Shown piece by piece: positions 54,886 to 64,000 of a stretch of 64,000 nucleotides of DNA. The notes beneath the pieces were generated by a model. It was not told the origin of the DNA. It worked only from the letters and a program-made list of their open reading frames with translations, and searched no databases. The position numbers were made by a program, and so were the translations under genes. The DNA is from Octopus vulgaris. Taxonomy: Eukaryota. Within the stretch, counting starts at the first letter, position 1. Each line of letters opens with the position of its first letter. The stretch spans positions 34,782,001 through 34,846,000 of the forward strand of contig OX597828.1 of assembly GCA_951406725.2 (NCBI GenBank), read 5' to 3'.

Positions 54886-55060
54886 TTTGGCATAAGGCCA
54901 GCAATTTGGCGGGCTAAGTTGATTACATCGACTTTAGTATTCAGGTGGTACTTGTTTTATCGACCCTCCGCTCAAAGGATGAAAGGTAAAGTCGAACGTA
55001 TTATATCGCATGAAACACCGCCAAGCATTTGTTCCATGCGCTAGCGGTTCTGCCATCTGT
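53560..55060. mobile_element. Cluster of family B SINE copies with (AAT)n tracts and an unclassified interspersed repeat
   Basis: Family B motifs at about 53560-53760 (-), 53771-53980 (+), 54610-54815 (-) and 54885-55060 (-). Confidence 0.65.
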
Positions 55061-56115
55061 AATAAATAAATCAATGAAGAAAGAAAGAAAGAAAGAGAGA
55101 AAGAAAGAGAGAAAGAAAGAGAGAAAGAAAGGAAAAAAGAAAGAAGGAAAGAATAGAAACAGGGTAGTTGGTCACGGCTAAAATGCTTTGATCATAGCCT
55201 TACTAATTCTCGACCAAATTCGTGACAGACAGTACTAAGGTGCCCCTATTAACCCTTAAAAGACAGAATGGTTAGCGCTGGAATATCTTTGATCATCAGT
55301 CTGTTCAATCAAATTTGACCTGGGACCAAACAACAAGAGCAACAATCACAACAGCAACAACTTCAATGGAATACGTGCTTGCCATTCTTCGGTCTGCTAA
55401 TCCGTTTTTCTATCAGAATGTCCTGGCCGTGTATAGTAAACAGTTTTGCCTGGATCCAAATGCTGCTATAGAAATCTTGTGATGCGAGTATGATTAATGT
55501 GAACAACAGTTGTAAATTTATGGCAGTGTTGTTCCTTTCAATAGAGATTGAAAACGTGTCTCTATAATATTCATACTGTGAAACCAGGATGAATAATAGT
55601 GCATCGGTTGTATTCTATGTTCCATATCCTATCATCTTTGCAAATCACGTATATAATGGAACATTTATCAGAGGAGATTAACAGTAATGGACCGGTTTCA
55701 GCAAAGTATAGGCATTTATCATCAGAAGACACTTCGAAGTAACGTGGTGTGTGGCGCTTGCATAATGTGATGTGGCTGTATTGGTATCGGAAACTTAATT
55801 AGTAGAGAGAATTCCTTGTACGGTTTGGACTAAAAATAAATTGCCCTTCATGCGTGCGTGCGTGGGTGCCTGTTTGTGTGTGTGTGTGTGTGTGTAATGT
55901 CTGCAATGTAGACTGGCATTGTTTTCGTGATATCTCTTAGTTCAGTTTAAGTGTTAAACACAAACACATACACACATACACAAACACGCAGCCTCATACG
56001 CACATAGATACATACAGATATATAAATATCTGCACACACGCACGCACGCACATATACACACATAACAATGTATGTATTATATGTATTTGTATGTATGTAT
56101 ATATCACACACATAC

Positions 56116-56147
<32 letters not shown>

Positions 56148-56215
56148 TGAATGTATGTGCATGTTTATACACACACACACACACACATACACATTTTTAT
56201 ATATATAAATGTATC

Positions 56216-56583
56216 GTGGCACTCCGTCGGTTACGACGACGAGAGTTCCAGTTGATCGGATCAAGAGAACAGCCTGCTCATGAAATTAGCGCGCAAGTCG
56301 TTGAGCACTTCGCAGTCACGTGTACCCTTAACGAGATTCAGCGTGACACAGAGTGTCACAAGGCTGGCCCTTTGAAATACAGGTACAACAGAAACAGGAA
56401 GAAAGTGTGAGAAAAAGTTGTGGTGAAAGAATGCAGCAGGGTTCGTCAGCACTCCCTGCCGGAACCACCGTGGAGCTTTAAGTGTTTTCGCTCAATAAAC
56501 TTTCACAACGCCCGGTCTGGAAATCGAGACTGGGATCCCACGACCGCGAGTCTGGTGCCCTAACCACTGGGCCATTGCGCCTC
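56216..56583 (-). mobile_element. Chimeric SINE: family D head and body with a family C tail
   Basis: 56583-56395 matches 6356-6535, and 56395-56216 matches the tail at about 11622-11808. Confidence 0.75.
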
Positions 56584-56588
56584 GCACG

Positions 56589-56660
<72 letters not shown>

Positions 56661-56730
56661 TACACACACATGTATACGTATATGTATATATACGTATATA
56701 TGTATATATATATATATATATGTGTGTGTA

Positions 56731-56799
<69 letters not shown>

Positions 56800-57102
56800 G
56801 AAAGTGTGGGAGAGACATTTATAATGAATAACCAACCTGTTCTTAAGTGATTTCTCCATCAGTTGTACCTGAAAGTCTGTTTTATATCCGTCGCGTGAAA
56901 TCCTATTTTTAGCCAGGTATCGATCAGTAATGGCTTGGCTGGCGGAGTTCAATACTTTAAATAAATTTCTCGACAGAATCAGCTGTAATGTATCTTGAAA
57001 ATCCCTGGCGGTCGATACTTTACTGGACTGAAGCCAAAATCTCTGAAGATATTCGCTGTTTGCTTGTTTGTATATTTCTATGCATGTATATAAGTGCGTG
57101 AG

Positions 57103-57149
<47 letters not shown>

Positions 57150-57374
57150 TGTATATATTTGTGTGCAGGTATGTATGTAGATGTATGCATATGTATGGCA
57201 TGTGTGTATCTGTGTTGCGTATGTATGTATGTGTATGTGTGTGTATGTATTTGTGTGCACGTACATATGCGCGCAGGTATATGTGGTGCGTGTATGCGTG
57301 TATGTTCATGCATGTATATATACATGTGTGTGTATGTGTGTGTATAGACATATAATACACATTCACATACATAT

Positions 57375-57419
<45 letters not shown>

Positions 57420-57430
57420 AATAAATATAC

Positions 57431-57523
<93 letters not shown>

Positions 57524-57877
57524 CATATATACATACATAAATATATATATATATGTAAATCGAAATGGAAACATAATTGACATACACATACACACACATA
57601 ACATACACACATACATACTGTTGTTGTTATTGTATTCCATCGCGTGAGTGAATGGTAAAATCGTGTCTCCATGACATTCAGCGGGACAATATCTTGGCTG
57701 GCTTCCAAGTTCCTGATTGTAACGATATAGGTTAATATGTCGTCCCCTTTTACCAATGCCTTTGTCCGTACACAAGGCTGAAGTCGACTACGAACGAACG
57801 AATATTATCTAGACGGTTCTGACGTGTATAATTAACAGTGTCTGGCAGATTCTTCCTTCTGTTACACACGCGCACAC

Positions 57878-57941
<64 letters not shown>

Positions 57942-58654
57942 GCAAATGTCAAACCGCTAAGATAGTGTTTTGAAGGACTGAACTAGGTTGCATTAACTTA
58001 ACGGACATTATTTTATACCCGGATAATCCAATCACGTTTGGATCTTGGAATGATTTCTGTTGCAAGCGAATATGGATCTTCAAATCAGTTGGCATACAGA
58101 CAAATATTTATGCTGTTGTTGCAGTTGTTTTGACCCGGTTATACTCTAAACACGATGACCTACTATCAAAGCATTCCACATTCGCAATTCCGGCCTTTCT
58201 TTAGGGACTTAGAATTATATCAACGACTAAAAACTTCAAGAACTTTTAATAATGCGTAGAAACAAAAAAATAGCAATAAGTGTGTATATTCTGTACCGTT
58301 GTCTTTACACTTTGGCGTGATTTTAAACTTCCAAAGATGCTTCACTTTGATTTAATCTTGAAGTGATTGTCTCCCCTATTATAGTTAACCACTAGGAGTA
58401 CATTCTTCTCTTTTCAAATCCAAGCACAAGGCCCGAAAGTTTAGGGAAGGGACCAGTCGATTAGATCGACCCCAAATTCACTTATAAGGTATTGTTTCGA
58501 TCGGAGCTATAGTAGACGGAACCTTGGTAAGTGCCTTCTCCTCTGCCCGGAATCGCAGGGTTGCAAAGCGATCTTCTTAATCACCCGGCCATGCCCTAAT
58601 AGTTAAAAAGCTTATTGATATTTTGTTTCATTAACCACGCAAAATTATGGTGCT

Positions 58655-58990
58655 GGCCCTCCGGTCGGTTACAACGACGAGGATTCCAGTTGATCGGAAC
58701 AACGGTACAGCCTGCTCCTGAAATTGATATTTAAGTGGCTGAGTACTCCACAGACATATGTACCCTTAATGTAGTTCGCAGTGAGATTCAGCGTGACACA
58801 GAATGTGAAAAGGCTGGTCTTTTGAACTACTGGTACTACTCGTTTTTTTTGCTTTTTTTTTTGTTACCTGAGTGGACTGGAGCAACGTGAAATAAAGTGT
58901 CTTGCTCAAGGACACAACGCGTCGCCGGGAATTGAACTCACGACCTTGCGATCGTGAGTCGAATACACTAACCATTAAACCACGCTCCTT
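58655..58990 (-). mobile_element. SINE family C
   Basis: Reverse complement of the 4990-5290 type element. Confidence 0.8.
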
Positions 58991-59752
58991 CACAAAATTA
59001 TGAACAACACATTATTTACAACGCTCATGCATTGGTATGGATTTTCTATAGTCTTAAATTATACTTTATAAAACGCATCGACACACCTAGATATATCTTA
59101 TTGCCTTACAATGCGCGCACCAAAACGGATTTTCTATTGCCTTAAATTGCATAAAAATTTTTTTTAAAACCTAGATGCCTTGGCACTTCTCGATACACCT
59201 TACAGTGCTACAAAGCAACGTGGATAACCGTTTCAGACCCACCGAGATAGACCAACGACCATGAAGAAACTAACTACTTCGTTTGTTCTTAGTATAATGC
59301 TTATATGCTTGTAGTTTACGTGCGTGTCTGTGAATGGTCAAGCGACATTCTGTCGTCATTCAATCCTGCAAAGAATATGTCTTTATGTTACATGGCAATA
59401 ACACAAATATTGTTATTCATTGATGTGCATTATCTACATCACGCTAGACGAGCCATTGTTGTTCGTATCCTACGCCAATGGCGTATCTTCACCGCCCCCG
59501 CTCTCAGGTTCAAAATTGCAATAGATGTTGAGAGAGTAATTGTCGTTTTGAATGAAACGGTGCACGATTTCTATTTTTATAGAAACTCTCATCTGTTGCA
59601 CAGCATAAAGACTCTCACAAATTATTATCAGAGCAGATGGATACACGTGCACACTCCAACACCCACCCACACACTCATACAATCTCTCCCCTCTTGCCCT
59701 CTCTCTCTCTTTCTCTTTATGCACACAAAGGAATAAATGAATGTATATATAA

Positions 59753-59796
<44 letters not shown>

Positions 59797-59893
59797 TAAT
59801 ATTATTATTAATAATATCATTAATAATAATAGTAGGGAATATAATTCCAAACTTACAGGGAAAAATTCAATTTAGCAATTCTAAATCAAATTT

Positions 59894-59993
59894 NNNNNNN
59901 NNNNNNNNNNNNNNNNNNNNNNNNNNNNNNNNNNNNNNNNNNNNNNNNNNNNNNNNNNNNNNNNNNNNNNNNNNNNNNNNNNNNNNNNNNNNN
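59894..59993. other. Assembly gap (100 N)
   Basis: Run of exactly 100 N. Confidence 1.
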
Positions 59994-60218
59994 AATATTA
60001 TTAACGGTGACTTCGTAGTGTCGGCCTCTTTAATTGTAACCGGATTCGAAAAATATGCATCGAAGTTACTGTCAACTCTATTCTGAAGAATAATAATTAT
60101 GTACTCTATCGAATGTATTGAGTTATCATTTAGTGTCATGTAAAATTGCTTTCTTGCCGTTTATAAGGTCAGTATATGATATATCCGAAACAAGCAGAGT
60201 CTAAACGTTAATGCAGTA

Positions 60219-60261
<43 letters not shown>

Positions 60262-60278
60262 CAGAGAGACAGAGAGAC

Positions 60279-60309
<31 letters not shown>

Positions 60310-61227
60310 CAGAGAGACAGAGGCAGAGAGAGACAGAGAGAGACAGAGAGAGACACAGAGAGAGAGAGAGTTATTGTTTGTGTGTGTGTGTGTGTGTTAA
60401 TTTGTTCTTTTACCTGCCGGGGTACCGTCTTGAGGGGTCGAATCGAACAAACTCACCAGACTACTGTTATTTGTGCTGTCTCTTGACGAACAGCGAGTTG
60501 ATAGAGCTGTAAACAAGCTAGAAACAGCTGTCGTACAGGATAAGAGGCTGTGAATGTTCAATAGAAGTACTAAAAGCACGCAGGCACACACATACATACA
60601 TACATACATACATACATACATACATACGTACATACATACATACATACATACATACATACATACATACATACATACATACACGACCAGCTTTTATATCCAG
60701 ATTACAAATTTACGTGTATACCAATAACAATCGGAGCACTTGGTTAAATAAATGTCTAACTGTCAGTCTGGATAAGCTTGGATTTTCGGAAAAAGAAATC
60801 AACCAAATGATTCGCATTTTAGAAATGCAACCTGTAAGCGGAACACTAAAGCTTTGCAAGACATTTCTCGGGTTTAGAATGTGACCTTGTTTTCCTTATC
60901 TACATTCTAACAATGGAGCATTGTATCTTTGTTAGAAACCAGATCCTTCTTCGGAAGAAGAATGTAAATGATTAAAAGCAGAAGAGACATACATACAGGT
61001 GCGCACACATTGGTCTATAATCCGCTCTCAGCATTGGTCGTCGGTTCGAAGTTATATTAGAAACACTTGCCCAAGTTGCCGTGCAGTGGGACTGAACCGG
61101 GAATCATGTGATTGCAAAGCGAATTTCTTTACCACACAACCTATATATGTATTTATCTTTTTAAAAAGAATTAATTTCATTTTCATTTCTTTTTTTCATT
61201 TTATCTAGTTTCAGCTCACGAGCTGTG

Positions 61228-61296
<69 letters not shown>

Positions 61297-61760
61297 ATGT
61301 ATGTGTGTATGTATGTATGTATGTATGTATGTATATATGTATGTATGTATGTATGTATGAAAATAAAAGAAATACATTTTAGGTCATCCAGTGTTAATTA
61401 AACGGTATTCATTTGGATCGTTGCAATTGATTGTGACGAGCTAAATGCAAATTAGAAGTAGCATATAAAATGCTTAGCAAAACGAAAAGAACCAGAATAT
61501 ACAACGTTAGCAAGAAATCGTTGATAGATTTTAAGAAGATCGCAAAAAGAAAAAAATTATACATCTGTGTTAATCTTGGCTTTCAAAACATTTTAATTCG
61601 AGAATTTAATGAAAACTACAATACGTTGTTTTTTATTCCTCTTCTTCATTCGGATTTTTCAATTATTTTTTTTTATATATATCTCTAACTGAGATTTTTT
61701 TCATTGATTATCGACCTATTTGATAATGTGGTTGTGCATCAGGTTTAATTTTCTGTGTAT

Positions 61761-61831
<71 letters not shown>

Positions 61832-61843
61832 GTCTATCTATCC

Positions 61844-61910
<67 letters not shown>

Positions 61911-61920
61911 CTATCTATCC

Positions 61921-62003
<83 letters not shown>

Positions 62004-62634
62004 CTTCTATCTATCTATCTTTCCTTCGATATTTCTTTCTATCTTTCTTTCTATTTATCTATCTTTCTATCTATCTACCTACCTATCTATCTATCTATCT
62101 ATCTATCTAACTATCTATCTATCTATCTATCCATCTATCTATCTATTTGTCTGTTTGTTTATATCTATGTATTTAATGTATACATACGCATATACATATA
62201 TAATGATGTGTGTGTGTGTGTCTATAAAGGTCTACATATATGTATGTATGTATTTATATATAGATATCTTAAAGCTGCTCACAATGTTTTTCATTTCTAA
62301 GGAGAAATAGTTACATATGCGATATTTCTATGTTTACTATGTAGGTTTATACACACACAGACGGACACACACACACACACACACACATATGCACAGAGGT
62401 TTTACTAGGAGAACGTCTGATACAAGTGAATGGTGTAGCATCATCATCCAGGTTTCTCCTACTAGAATTGTATGGTTGTTTTTGTTATGTCATTAGTATT
62501 ACCCGTTATGATACACAGATTAAATAGAGCGAACAATAGCGAAACAGGCGTAGGGAACAATTTGTATAAAGTGCATTTTCTATTTATCATACTTTTCTCA
62601 TATACACACACAGAGAGACACACAGACACACACA

Positions 62635-62666
<32 letters not shown>

Positions 62667-63529
62667 TGCTCCCAAACTGAACAATATTATGGAGAAGGCG
62701 TCAAAAGTGTTATCATGTTTGGTCGATAACTGATGAGGAGTGATTTTTGTTCCCGTCCAGTGTGTGCTATTTTGCTCTCCTGTGCTGCATTTTACTAAAT
62801 ACATACATACATACATACATACATACATACATACATACATACATACATACATACATACATACATACATACATACATAAATAGGTTTTGTTAGTAAATGCT
62901 CATAGGGAAATCTGGCTAAACTGAGAGTTTCAGAAAGAGAAATCGACCGGCTAATTCGTAGGTTCAATCTGTGAGTGGAACAATAAAAGCATACAAGCCT
63001 TTTCTCAAGTTCCAAATGTGACTTCGTCTGTGTTAACAACATCCCAAAGATGGAGCCCTGTATCTTTGTTGGAAACAGGCGCCCTCCTCAGTGAAAGATT
63101 TAAAATAATAAAAAAAATAGAAGAAACATACACACATACATATATGATTGTATACGTATGTATATACTTGGATGTATACATGGATAAATAACAAAAAAAT
63201 TAGGTGTATATGCATGCTTAAATACATACAAACTCATATATAATCATATACATACATACATGTGTGAATATATCAATGTCCTCCCACAAGTGCATAGAAA
63301 CATACATAAATGCATAAATATCTAAATACATTAATTTGAAAATAAATAAGAGGGAAGACAGCGGGAGGAAAGGGAAATGATAATGATTTTTTAATAAGGA
63401 CAGAAATTATTTACGGGAGAGAAAGACATGAGATTCTGTGATTCCTATGCTTCTCTGAGGATTATAGCGTATTGAGACGTAAGTGGAAGCTAAAATAGCT
63501 GCAACAAAGAAAGATGGACTGCCACGAGG

Positions 63530-63576
<47 letters not shown>

Positions 63577-64000
63577 TGTGGGCGTATGCATGTGTGTTGA
63601 CCCATACGTCCATACCCGTCAGCATGGGTTTGCATTCACAATAAAAAAACACACACACACAAGCACACACTCATACACGCACAAGCACACACTCACTCAC
63701 TCACTCACACACAAGCACACACACTCACACAACACAAGCACAAGCATATATATTTATGTATGTGTAAGAGTCACATAAGCAACACCCACACATTCACAAT
63801 CCTTTACGAATACAGGGACACAGAAACTGCATTTAATATTTCGGTCTTGCAGAGAAACTATACTAAGTGTGTAATCCTATTTCAATTAGAATAATCAGGT
63901 TTTTCTGCCAATAAGAGAAAGGTTGGGGTATTATTTCACTTATTAACTTCTCTGGATTGCCTTTCTTTGCTCGCGTTGTGTGAATATGCCACTAGGGGCG
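59994..64000 (+). repeat. Second copy of the ~4-kb duplication, running off the window end
   Basis: Starts immediately after the gap. Differs from 48203-52215 by scattered SNPs, small indels and microsatellite lengths. Confidence 0.95.

Overview
Repeat-saturated, AT-rich eukaryotic non-coding DNA. I infer an octopus or other coleoid cephalopod from the tRNA-derived SINE families and the extreme (TA)n, (CA)n, (CTAT)n, (CATA)n and (AAT)n density. I found no supportable host-gene exon, and almost every ORF in the track is a microsatellite read-through. The only clear protein-coding relics are transposon-derived: a full-length but pseudogenised DD34D mariner very close to Hsmar1/SETMAR (13541-14819), RTE-type LINE fragments, and several 3' ends of restriction-like-endonuclease (RLE) LINEs, all oriented the same way relative to CATA repeats. 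The most interesting signal is a set of minimal type-I hammerhead-ribozyme (HHR) motifs of the Penelope/retrozyme kind. At 23100-23997 a 360-bp tandem unit carries one HHR per unit, and an adjacent inverted 291-bp arm starts exactly at the predicted self-cleavage site. At 16051-16534 an inverted HHR pair is bounded by a 16-bp TSD, and at 11966-12003 there is a further HHR variant. Also present are MITEs, SINEs with swapped tails, a pre-miRNA-like hairpin, and a 4-kb near-identical duplication after a 100-N gap that is probably an uncollapsed haplotype. All alignments and folds were done by eye.
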